A DNA stretch of 64,000 nucleotides from a virus: the IMG/VR virus record IMGVR_UViG_3300032223_000428, positions 12,580 to 76,579 of that record. One strand, 5' to 3'. Each line of letters begins with the position of its first letter. The first letter of the stretch is position 1. The translations under genes and the position numbers were made by a program. Below the pieces are notes generated by a model. That model was given only the letters and a program-made list of their open reading frames with translations, did not search any database and had not been told where the DNA came from. Shown piece by piece: positions 56,443 to 64,000 of this stretch.

Positions 56443-56775
56443 AAATGGTAGGTTATTCTGTTACGAGGAAACCTACCGAAACCCTAAGCAGTGTTTAGGC
56501 TGCTAATGCGAACAGTTCGTCGTTTGCGTTTACGTTGTTTTAGTTTTTACATCTACTCTGATGAGTTGTCCACTTCTGTACTTGTTGCCCTGTCGAAACC
56601 TAGTCACCCCCATCAGAAACATACTATGGTGAAATTGACTTACATCGTAGAGGTCACGGCTTACCAATCCTGATCCCAACCTTTCGGTTTTGTAGAGATT
56701 TAAGTATGCTTCTGGTGGAGGTGGGGAGAATCGAACTCCCGTCCAGAACACTTTTCTAGTTGCTTCACACAACCA
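56443..56775 (-). ncRNA. ssrA: Circularly permuted (two-piece) tmRNA; tag ANDELFALAA
   Basis: T-arm GGGAGTTCGATTCTCCC plus CACCTCCACCA (CCA at 56715-56713) lies upstream of the 5' acceptor strand GGGGGTG..TTTCGAC (starts 56611); G3.U pair; tag ORF at 56527-56495; terminal hairpin GGTAGGTT/AACCTACC. Ends approximate. Confidence 0.93.
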
Positions 56776-56782
56776 TATCACT

Positions 56783-56811
56783 ATTATACATTATTTATTC
56801 TTACAGAACAA
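56783..56811 (-). promoter_or_regulatory. Sigma70-type promoter TTGTTC-17-TATAAT for tmRNA, with embedded late motif ATAAATA (56792-56798)
   Basis: Directly upstream of the acceptor piece. Confidence 0.7.
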
Positions 56812-56813
56812 CT

Positions 56814-57776
56814 TTATTTGTCAAGTTGTTTCTTAACTACCAATGCAGTTGGGAGATATCGTTCTCTAAGATTATCGATAACTTTCTTTGCATCTACTGG
56901 GTTCAGATCTGTTGCTGCAGTCATATAATTATCAGCAAAATACTTCTTCACGTTTTCACTTTTCATTGCAGTAGAGAATGTAGAAACATACCAATCAACA
57001 ACTTCTTTCGGTGTATCTTTTGGAACAGTCACATTCCACATAGCCATAACTTCAACACCTGGAAGGTATTCAGCAATCTTTGGAACATCAGGATATGCTG
57101 GATGTCGCTTATCTCCAGTAACAGCAATAAGTTTTACCTTACCTGCATTAATCTGCGGAGCAGCAACAGCAAGTGGCATCATACCAAATTCAGTATGCCC
57201 ACCAACAACATCCATTAACGCTTGCATTGGACCTTTATATCCAATCTGTTTAACCATATCTCTATCACCACCTGCTTTATTCATAACAAGATTGTAGATT
57301 AATAACTGAACATTACTACCATAAGCGATGTTAACTGGTTGATCAGGTTTCTGAATATATTTAATAAATTCCTTGGCAGTGTTTACTTTGCTATTTGGTC
57401 TAGCAACGATAACCTGTGGAGAAGTAGCAATACTCAGAATCGGATAGAGATCTTCATACTTGTAACGAATCGCTTGAGTATCAAATGCTTCATTAGTAAC
57501 ATATGTGCTTAGATTACCACTAATATGAATAGTGTAACCATCTGGAGCAGATTTAGTCAATTCATTTGCACTAAGAACACCATCTACTCCTGGAATATTT
57601 TTAATTAAAAAATTTACTTTTGGATGAGTCTTTTCAATCTCGGCTGCAACACCTCTGAATGAAAGTTCATTTCCTGAACCTGGACCATATCCAATAATCG
57701 CAGTAATAGGTTTTGTTGGTTCCCATGCGAACGCAAGGGCTGGGAGAAGTAGCATAGCTACTAAGAGTTTTTTCAT
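56814..57776 (-). CDS. Bug/TctC tripartite tricarboxylate transporter substrate-binding protein
   Basis: Signal peptide, P.KPIT.II.Y.PG.G, N.PG..G, PDGYT, YKG...A..DV.GGH, PDVP...E, PK.TP. Confidence 0.9.
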   Translation of the reverse strand: MKKLLVAMLLLPALAFAWEPTKPITAIIGYGPGSGNELSFRGVAAEIEKTHPKVNFLIKNIPGVDGVLSANELTKSAPDGYTIHISGNLSTYVTNEAFDTQAIRYKYEDLYPILSIATSPQVIVARPNSKVNTAKEFIKYIQKPDQPVNIAYGSNVQLLIYNLVMNKAGGDRDMVKQIGYKGPMQALMDVVGGHTEFGMMPLAVAAPQINAGKVKLIAVTGDKRHPAYPDVPKIAEYLPGVEVMAMWNVTVPKDTPKEVVDWYVSTFSTAMKSENVKKYFADNYMTAATDLNPVDAKKVIDNLRERYLPTALVVKKQLDK

Positions 57777-57835
57777 TTTAAATTACCTTTTAATTTGTGG
57801 TTAAAAAGTATATTGGCACTAATCGTCCGTCAATA

Positions 57836-58321
57836 CTATATGAAACGAAACACTAACGTAAACCTTTCACCTTTTTTAACAGGTTCAACGAAGTGTATGT
57901 AGTCTTCACCAGCTGGCGCAATAACTAATGTGCCTATTGTTGGAAAAAACATACATCCTTGGTTTGGATACACCAGTTGTCCACCTTCGAAATTATTATT
58001 CAAAAATATAATTCCAGTGTGCGTCCAATCTTTAATTTTTTTTACTACACCATTATCTATTACGCAATTATCAGCATGTGGTTTATTAATAGAACCAGTT
58101 GGGTAGTAGGCTATTGAAACCGATTCTGTTTTGTATGGAACCCATCTAGTTATAAGTTGAACAACAGGATGTTCTGTACATTTAACTTTCTTAACACCAT
58201 ATTTGTCATCAACATTATTAAAATATGTCATATCCTGAGCAGTTTCTCTAGGATTAACATCAATCATTAGTGTATTTATGTCTTCTAATGATAATGCATT
58301 AGGATAAATCTCAATTTTCAT
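57836..58321 (-). CDS. 2OG-Fe(II) oxygenase (prolyl-4-hydroxylase-like)
   Basis: HAD, FLN..F.GG.L, H.V..V..G.R. Confidence 0.88.
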   Translation of the reverse strand: MKIEIYPNALSLEDINTLMIDVNPRETAQDMTYFNNVDDKYGVKKVKCTEHPVVQLITRWVPYKTESVSIAYYPTGSINKPHADNCVIDNGVVKKIKDWTHTGIIFLNNNFEGGQLVYPNQGCMFFPTIGTLVIAPAGEDYIHFVEPVKKGERFTLVFRFI

Positions 58322-58866
58322 AAAATAAGGTTTCTAACTTCATCTGGTAAGACTGGATCATCCATTCTTTCTGGGTGCCAAACAATTCCGTATATGGACT
58401 TGTATTTATGCTTGATTGCTTCAATACTATCATCTCCTGATAAAGCGATGACTTCCATATCTTGACCAATAGTTTCAATAGATTGTCCATGAAAACTATT
58501 AACCAAATGATTCTTACCGTCCATATAAACATAGTGTTCAGTCTGGACATGATTATCTATCGTTCCATTAGTTCCACCTGTTAAATCATTAACAGCGAAT
58601 GCACCATGGCAGAATCCGATAATCGGTTTACCTAATTTCTCTGCATGTTTGAATAACAAATCCTCTGTGAGGTGACGCTCAATGCTGTCTGGTCCACCAG
58701 TGAGTACAAGACAATCAAATTCTATCGTCTCATCAATACTACCCAAATTGGGCACTGGAACCAGATGATGTTTGTTCAAAAATACATTCCAACTTCTTTC
58801 TAGTGCATCAAACACGAAAAAAGATGGAGGGATGCGAACATCCCTCTGGCTAATCAAAATTCTCAT
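58318..58866 (-). CDS. Class I glutamine amidotransferase (peptidase C26/PuuD-like)
   Basis: LTGG, GFCHG nucleophile, VNSFH, WHPE. Confidence 0.9.
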   Translation of the reverse strand: MRILISQRDVRIPPSFFVFDALERSWNVFLNKHHLVPVPNLGSIDETIEFDCLVLTGGPDSIERHLTEDLLFKHAEKLGKPIIGFCHGAFAVNDLTGGTNGTIDNHVQTEHYVYMDGKNHLVNSFHGQSIETIGQDMEVIALSGDDSIEAIKHKYKSIYGIVWHPERMDDPVLPDEVRNLIL

Positions 58867-58880
58867 AACGAATTGTAGGT

Positions 58881-59609
58881 TTAGATTGCTACAGACAACT
58901 CACGAGTAGGTTGACCATACGCTTGCTTCATAGCAACTTGACCTTCTTCAGAAACTTGAGCGATAGACAAGCAAGTATTCTCGTAAAGATCCCAAACGAA
59001 ATTCTGAGTCATCTCTAAAGCACGTGCTTGCGCTTCTGGAGTAGTACAAAGTTTTTCTAGTTTCATACGACCAATTTCGCTATGGAATCTTTCATCAGTA
59101 GCAATTTTAGCGTAACGCTTAGAAACGTATTCGTCTTCGATAGACTCAGACATTGCTTGCCAAACAACAGAAGCACGTCCTTCAGCCAAGAACTGATAAA
59201 GAGCCAATACTAACTCATCGCCTTGTGCATTATACTTGTCTAGAATGAAAACACCTTGAGATGGCATTTTCTTGCCATGAGTAGCACCAATTGCAGCTAA
59301 GTCAGCTTCAACACCAGAGATGTGTTCGATAACTTCTTTAACCATACGGAAATGGTTTGCTTCGTCCCATGCTTGTTTAGCCAACAGTTGAGTCTCTTTA
59401 ATTGGAGTGTCAACTGGAAGGTTAGCAACTGCTTGTGATAATTCAACCATGTTCCATCGTTCGTTCATCAAACGAATCTTGAAGTAACCTAACAACTCAT
59501 CGTTGCTTGGTTTAGTTGCGAAATACTCACGAGTAGTTTTATCTGCTACACTGTAAAGTGTATCAAATGTTTTTCTTAAATCTGCTACGAATTGTTTAGA
59601 TGATTGCAT
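58881..59609 (-). CDS. Ferritin-like diiron protein (paralog 2)
   Basis: NE...DEANH...AEG...DERFH (4E/2H); ATG at 59609 with AGAGGA RBS. Confidence 0.85.
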   Translation of the reverse strand: MQSSKQFVADLRKTFDTLYSVADKTTREYFATKPSNDELLGYFKIRLMNERWNMVELSQAVANLPVDTPIKETQLLAKQAWDEANHFRMVKEVIEHISGVEADLAAIGATHGKKMPSQGVFILDKYNAQGDELVLALYQFLAEGRASVVWQAMSESIEDEYVSKRYAKIATDERFHSEIGRMKLEKLCTTPEAQARALEMTQNFVWDLYENTCLSIAQVSEEGQVAMKQAYGQPTRELSVAI

Positions 59610-59619
59610 TTTATTCCTC

Positions 59620-60318
59620 TTATAGTGTGCCGTAAGCAGATTCCATAATCGCTTTGCTTTCTGCATTCATACCAGATTTAGCACAAGTGATAAGGAACAA
59701 GTCTTTACGCATTTGATCAACAATTGCTAGCACACGCTCTTGAGCAACTGCATCTTGGCAAAGTTGTAGTAACTGACGACGACCGATAGATGCATGAAAC
59801 TTTTCGTCCTTAGCGATCTTGGCGTATGTTGATGCGATGAACTGATCATCGATGCAATCAGACATCATTTTCCAGTTACGAGCAGCACGACCTTCTGCGA
59901 TCAACTGATACACAGCCAACATCAATGGATCTTTGTCTCCACCATATTTCTTGATAAGTGCAGCACCTTTAGTATCTAATTTAGCTGAGTGTTCAATAAC
60001 TGCAGCCTCGACATCTAGTTTTTCACCAGAAAGGTGTTCGATTACGTTGCGAACCATACGGAAATGTTTCGCTTCATCTTGGGCTTGTTTAGCCAAAAGA
60101 TTTAATTCTGTGGTATCAGCGTTTGCTGGAGCAGAAGCTATCTGAGCAGAGATCTCGATCAAGTTCATACGTTCATTGACCATACGACCTTTAAAATGAT
60201 CGATCAATTCTTCTTTAGATGGCTTAGAGTCGAAATATGACTTTACTTGCAACTCAGAGGCACGAAACATAGCCTCATTGCCTTGTTCTAGTTGTTCAAC
60301 GAATTGAGCAGCTTGCAT
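59620..60318 (-). CDS. Ferritin-like diiron protein (paralog 1)
   Basis: NE...DEAKH...AEG...DEKFH (4E/2H). Confidence 0.85.
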   Translation of the reverse strand: MQAAQFVEQLEQGNEAMFRASELQVKSYFDSKPSKEELIDHFKGRMVNERMNLIEISAQIASAPANADTTELNLLAKQAQDEAKHFRMVRNVIEHLSGEKLDVEAAVIEHSAKLDTKGAALIKKYGGDKDPLMLAVYQLIAEGRAARNWKMMSDCIDDQFIASTYAKIAKDEKFHASIGRRQLLQLCQDAVAQERVLAIVDQMRKDLFLITCAKSGMNAESKAIMESAYGTL

Positions 60319-60350
60319 TTATTTTATCCTATAAGGGTTAAGTATTTTAT

Positions 60351-60357
60351 TATTTAG
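60351..60357 (-). promoter_or_regulatory. Late promoter CTAAATA for the ferritin-like cluster
   Basis: Intergenic, ~33 nt before the ATG at 60318. Confidence 0.6.
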
Positions 60358-60367
60358 TCATTTTAAA

Positions 60368-61021
60368 TCACAAGTTTTTCATATTCTTGTAATCTAGTCG
60401 TAATTTCCTAAAACCACCGATCCAGTTGTCTCTCTTTTCAATAAACAATCGTGGATCATCATTTTCCACTGCCATAATAATTACCAACCTTCCTACTGGA
60501 ATTCCTGTTCTTTCTTCAAAGGCTACAGCATATGCAGCGGTTTGCATGAAGTAATTGTGGATGTCGTCTCTATCTTTAGGTTTAGAGGCTGTCTTAAAAT
60601 CAATAATAGACAACTTTCCTTGAAAATCAGCGATACAATCAACAGTTCCAGCAACTTGCAAATAATCAGAATAGAGAGGATCTTCCAGAGCATGAATATT
60701 ATTTATGTCTTCGAGCCAGTATGATATACTTCCAAATAACTCTTTATCGAAGATATCAGGCTCACATGGTTCATTGCGGAGGTATGCTTCGCAGAGAGAG
60801 TGGATTCTTGTTCCACGTGCACTTGCTCTTCCTGAGATTTTGTTGGCTTCTTCATTTCCGACTCTCCTGCGCCACTCTGCGATTCCTTTTGCTGTGTGGA
60901 GTCCTGTAACTGTTGTGACGCTAGGATAGGCTCTACCTGACGGAGTTTTGTAGACTCTTGTACCATCTGGACTTGTCTCACGTTCGAGTTTAGGGAAATC
61001 ATGATATATAAAGTTTTTCAT
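60368..61021 (-). CDS. PD-(D/E)XK exonuclease (T4-like phage exonuclease A type)
   Basis: R.Y.TP.G..YPSVTT, RGT..H...E, AG.VDCIA, IDFKT, YF.Q..AYA. Confidence 0.9.
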   Translation of the reverse strand: MKNFIYHDFPKLERETSPDGTRVYKTPSGRAYPSVTTVTGLHTAKGIAEWRRRVGNEEANKISGRASARGTRIHSLCEAYLRNEPCEPDIFDKELFGSISYWLEDINNIHALEDPLYSDYLQVAGTVDCIADFQGKLSIIDFKTASKPKDRDDIHNYFMQTAAYAVAFEERTGIPVGRLVIIMAVENDDPRLFIEKRDNWIGGFRKLRLDYKNMKNL

Positions 61022-61641
61022 TAGGTTAGCAGTTCAATACACTCATTATAATGTTTAATACGATCTTCAAGTCCAATGTAACCACCATTAATCTTTTTGG
61101 TCATTAGCTTGATATCACCACTGTCTGCTTGAGCATTAAGTTTATTCTTATTCCAAAACCAGATGGCAGACATCAATGCAAAGTCACGATCAGCGGTAAC
61201 CCAATCTGGATTCTCAACAACATTTTCCCAGTCTTCAAACATTTCCTTTGCGAATGCGGTATAGTTTGCACGTCCAGTCAATTGAATTGGACCACGTCCA
61301 CGAAAACGATACCCATCACCAGATTCTGGACCACCATTACCCATACGATTCGCATAAATTTTATTTGCGATCATTTCTGGTTTTTTGGCGTATGGTTGTG
61401 CATCTTGAATTGTTGGAAAATATTTCTTAAAAATACTGCATAATCCCTGTGCAGAATAATTAAGATTTTCTTCAAATATTGTCCATCCACCAGATTCATG
61501 CCCACATTGAGCAAGGAATGATGCTACACGTTGTGGTGTATTAATATCATAGGTTGGAAATACTTCATTCATTGAACTAGCCCATGATTCTGGATCTTGG
61601 GCTCTAGGAAATAAATGATGAAATTGATCAGCTGTTATCAT
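61021..61641 (-). CDS. GH19 family endolysin (chitinase-like)
   Basis: FLAQC.HESG, ENLNYS, GDGY.FRGRG.IQLTGR.NY, TK.INGG..GL.DR. Confidence 0.93.
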   Translation of the reverse strand: MITADQFHHLFPRAQDPESWASSMNEVFPTYDINTPQRVASFLAQCGHESGGWTIFEENLNYSAQGLCSIFKKYFPTIQDAQPYAKKPEMIANKIYANRMGNGGPESGDGYRFRGRGPIQLTGRANYTAFAKEMFEDWENVVENPDWVTADRDFALMSAIWFWNKNKLNAQADSGDIKLMTKKINGGYIGLEDRIKHYNECIELLT

Positions 61642-62408
61642 TTCTTTTTGTCCTCATAGTCTTCGTATTTTAATTTAGCCAAGATATAATCTTTGACTAG
61701 CGATGAGCGAACAATATCGTCTACAGTAAATTCAATACGAGTAAATGCCTTCATATGCTGGGCAATATCAAAAAACTTCAAGATACCTGTAACATCGTTC
61801 TTTCTTTTATTTAGATCAGTTTGACGATAGTCTCCACACCAGATAATTTTTGACATATGACCAACACGAGTCATAACTGTGTCAATTTCCTCATATGTTA
61901 AATTCTGCATCTCATCCACGATAATGATAGCATTATCAAAAGACATGCCACGAATAAAGGAAGTTGATATAAAAGTAACATGTCCTTGTTCTTCTAAACG
62001 ATCCCATGCATCTTTACGATCAAATAACTGATGACAAATTTGACGATATGGTTGTTCGTAGATATCCATCTTCTCACCAACATCTCCTGGAAGATGACCA
62101 ATTTCACGAGATTGTACTGCTGAACGAACAACAATAATTTTATTAAAGGGATTTGATTTATCAAGAACTTCTTCTATTGCTTTATAAAGTGCAATGAAAG
62201 TTTTTCCTGTTCCTGCCACGCCATGTAATGCTATAAAGTAATCACCTTGTTTATATGCATCGTAAAAAGATTTTTGATTTTCTGTTAATGGTTGAAAAGT
62301 TTTTAGATTGTCTAACCTTAATCTTAACTGATTGCTAGCAACTGGCTTTGACTCACGTTCTTCATTATGAATTTCTACTACTTTTTTTGCTGCTGAAGTA
62401 CGAGCCAT
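61638..62408 (-). CDS. phoH: PhoH-family ATPase
   Basis: G.AGTGKT, IG.LPG...EK, RG.SF....IIVDE.QN, TR.G, GD..Q.DL, DIVRS. Confidence 0.95.
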   Translation of the reverse strand: MARTSAAKKVVEIHNEERESKPVASNQLRLRLDNLKTFQPLTENQKSFYDAYKQGDYFIALHGVAGTGKTFIALYKAIEEVLDKSNPFNKIIVVRSAVQSREIGHLPGDVGEKMDIYEQPYRQICHQLFDRKDAWDRLEEQGHVTFISTSFIRGMSFDNAIIIVDEMQNLTYEEIDTVMTRVGHMSKIIWCGDYRQTDLNKRKNDVTGILKFFDIAQHMKAFTRIEFTVDDIVRSSLVKDYILAKLKYEDYEDKKK

Positions 62409-62417
62409 TAAAATTCC

Positions 62418-62663
62418 TTATAATTGAGATGATGATTTGTCTAATTGACTTCCTGGAGTTTTTTCGTGAATTCTTTGTAGAACCTCCTTAAATCCTGTAT
62501 CCTTTTTAAGAATGATATGATCCCCAGCGAATGCAGGTGCAACGCCATTGTAATATCGTTCGTGGGTGGGGTTTTCAATTTTGTATTGATCAAGTTCAGA
62601 TATCCTCATAATCTTTTCGAAGATATCTCCATTCTCAGTATTTCTAAACAAATATGTCGGCAT
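62418..62663 (-). CDS. FmdB-like small protein (Cys-less variant)
   Basis: MPTY.F....G..FE...ISE.D.Y...NP; GFKEVL..I; precedes phoH. Confidence 0.7.
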   Translation of the reverse strand: MPTYLFRNTENGDIFEKIMRISELDQYKIENPTHERYYNGVAPAFAGDHIILKKDTGFKEVLQRIHEKTPGSQLDKSSSQL

Positions 62664-62688
62664 TAATTATCACTCCTCATGATTCTAT

Positions 62689-63288
62689 TTATGCATTTAA
62701 ATTAAATGCCACAACAATTCTTTCCTCATTTATAGTACTTTCTGGAACCTCGTGTTCCAGCCAACTTGGCCACATTAAAAATAATCCATCCGTTGGAGTA
62801 ATAACATATTCAGATAGTAATTTATATTTTTCTCTACTTTCTCCAAATTTTGGTGGATAGTACACATGGTTCCAATAACTTCTTGGATCAGTAAAAATTA
62901 TTGATGGAGCAGATTGTGGAATTTTTAAATAGAAACATCCAGAAAGTATAGATCCTGGATGGGTATGTGATGGATGAGAACCGCCAGAAGTTATTTTGTT
63001 AAACAAATAGTATGGAGAAAGACTCCAACCAGTAGAATCAATACAATGATCTTCAAAGTATTTTCTAGCAGCAGATTTAATATATGAATTTAGTTTATTT
63101 AATCTTTGATCAGTTCTCTGATGCACGGCAGCAGTATTTACATTATAAGTCGAAATGTATTTTTCTTGTGATCTATAATTTACACCAAAACAATCTATGT
63201 AATCTTCTGCTACTGGTAATATTTCTTTACTTAATTCTATCTCGCTACTAACATAAAGTGGTGTTGGGAATATGTCAATATATTCCAT
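62689..63288 (-). CDS. Putative 2OG-Fe(II) oxygenase (TIGR02466-like)
   Basis: IFPTP, H.H..S.LSG..YL, F.DPR, WPSWL.H.V, R...AFN. Confidence 0.85.
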   Translation of the reverse strand: MEYIDIFPTPLYVSSEIELSKEILPVAEDYIDCFGVNYRSQEKYISTYNVNTAAVHQRTDQRLNKLNSYIKSAARKYFEDHCIDSTGWSLSPYYLFNKITSGGSHPSHTHPGSILSGCFYLKIPQSAPSIIFTDPRSYWNHVYYPPKFGESREKYKLLSEYVITPTDGLFLMWPSWLEHEVPESTINEERIVVAFNLNA

Positions 63289-63821
63289 TACACAATCCAA
63301 TTTGGTTGTGGTCGGTTTTTCCAAGAGAACATTCGTGTTTTATCGCCAAGGTAATAGTTCTTGTAAGACTGAATTGAATCACCTGCTACTTTATAATCAT
63401 CAGGCATAGCAGGGGTAGGTTCTGTGAAAGAACCTGTCGGAATATTATTAGGTGTACTAGCCAGTACTAATTCTAATCGAGAAGTTGCATGGACTTTACC
63501 ATATCTATATGTGTATTCAGACATTAATGCTTGAAACATAGAGTATAGCCAATCATAGTTCTTATCAGATTGCCTTACCCAAACTGCTGAAGGGTGGTTG
63601 ATATGAGTAGCAGTATAAAGTATAGGTTCACGATCGTCAGAAAGAACGAATGCAGTTTGTTTTCGACCAGTTTTAGAGAGGCGAGTAAGTTGAGTGCCAT
63701 CAAGCACACGATGAGCAGTAGAAAGAAGCTGAGCATATTCGAGGATCATTTTTACGCAATGTTTATCGACATGCATTTCTGCACATTTACGAGGATCATT
63801 ATCAAGATAAAAAATATTCAT
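63288..63821 (-). CDS. Pyrimidine dimer DNA glycosylase-like protein (DenV-related)
   Basis: MNIFYLD.DP..CA..H.DKH.VKM.LE.AQLLSTAH, H.NHP...W.R, EY..RY.K.H, AMPD. Confidence 0.85.
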   Translation of the reverse strand: MNIFYLDNDPRKCAEMHVDKHCVKMILEYAQLLSTAHRVLDGTQLTRLSKTGRKQTAFVLSDDREPILYTATHINHPSAVWVRQSDKNYDWLYSMFQALMSEYTYRYGKVHATSRLELVLASTPNNIPTGSFTEPTPAMPDDYKVAGDSIQSYKNYYLGDKTRMFSWKNRPQPNWIV

Positions 63822-63825
63822 AGTG

Positions 63826-63975
63826 TCACCAATGTCTTAAAACCCCAGCAATAATAAAAAAATTAGTAATAATATAAACAGCAACGATACATGTTCTGAT
63901 GAGAGCGATCTTATCTGATTCAGAATCTGTTTTACCATGTTTCTCACCTAGTGCTTTACACCACAGTCGCCACAT
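63826..63975 (-). CDS. Small membrane protein (49 aa, below ORF-track cutoff)
   Basis: MWRLWCKALGEKHGKTDSESDKIALIRTCIVAVYIITNFFIIAGVLRHW*. Confidence 0.75.
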   Translation of the reverse strand: MWRLWCKALGEKHGKTDSESDKIALIRTCIVAVYIITNFFIIAGVLRHW

Positions 63976-64000
63976 AAGGAACCTGTACTCGTTCTACATC

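Noticed and set aside
56713-56745. Apparent tRNA 3' half with CCA
   Set aside because: No anticodon arm; it is the acceptor piece of the permuted tmRNA
56491-56781. ORFs 56530..56781(-) and 56491..56673(+)
   Set aside because: Overlap the tmRNA; spurious
58881-60318. Ribonucleotide reductase beta subunits
   Set aside because: Too short, lack NrdB W..E and radical-Tyr motifs, and no nrdA nearby
60368-61021. Cas4/CRISPR adaptation gene
   Set aside because: Standard T4-like PD-(D/E)XK exonuclease lacking the Fe-S cysteine set; no array

Overview
A 64-kb segment of an AT-rich T4-like (myovirus) bacteriophage genome. The host is probably a betaproteobacterium, inferred from the Bug/TctC protein and the two-piece tmRNA with an ANDELFALAA tag. 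1-47.8 kb is the virion module: neck gp14/gp13, a 3001-aa repetitive fibre with its accessory cassette, a His/Cys-tipped tail fibre, a DUF4815/VrlC-like protein, baseplate gp8/7/6/25/5.4/5/27-like/53/48, then gp4, gp2, gp54-like, holin, gp16, gp26, gp51 and a tape-measure-like protein. 47.8-64 kb holds gp32, gp59, gp33, exported/envelope proteins, ClpP, SleB, tmRNA, an enzyme cluster, exonuclease, GH19 endolysin, PhoH, a 2OG oxygenase and a DenV-like glycosylase. Most notable: (1) a tail fibre ending in a His-rich, Asn-Cys-repeat tip (..NCINCNCNC) followed by a radical SAM/SPASM enzyme, a signal-less DctP-like protein and an AsnB-like ATP pyrophosphatase, suggesting RiPP-style modification of a virion protein; (2) a late-promoter cluster of two paralogous diiron ferritin-like enzymes, a class I glutamine amidotransferase, a 2OG-Fe(II) oxygenase and TctC; (3) a circularly permuted tmRNA near a phage ClpP; (4) a likely -1 frameshift fusing gp26 to gp51 just before the tape measure gene; (5) candidate cis-RNA elements (a repeated 5' leader motif and an H-type pseudoknot). 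All assignments come from motif recognition and synteny by eye; no searches were run.
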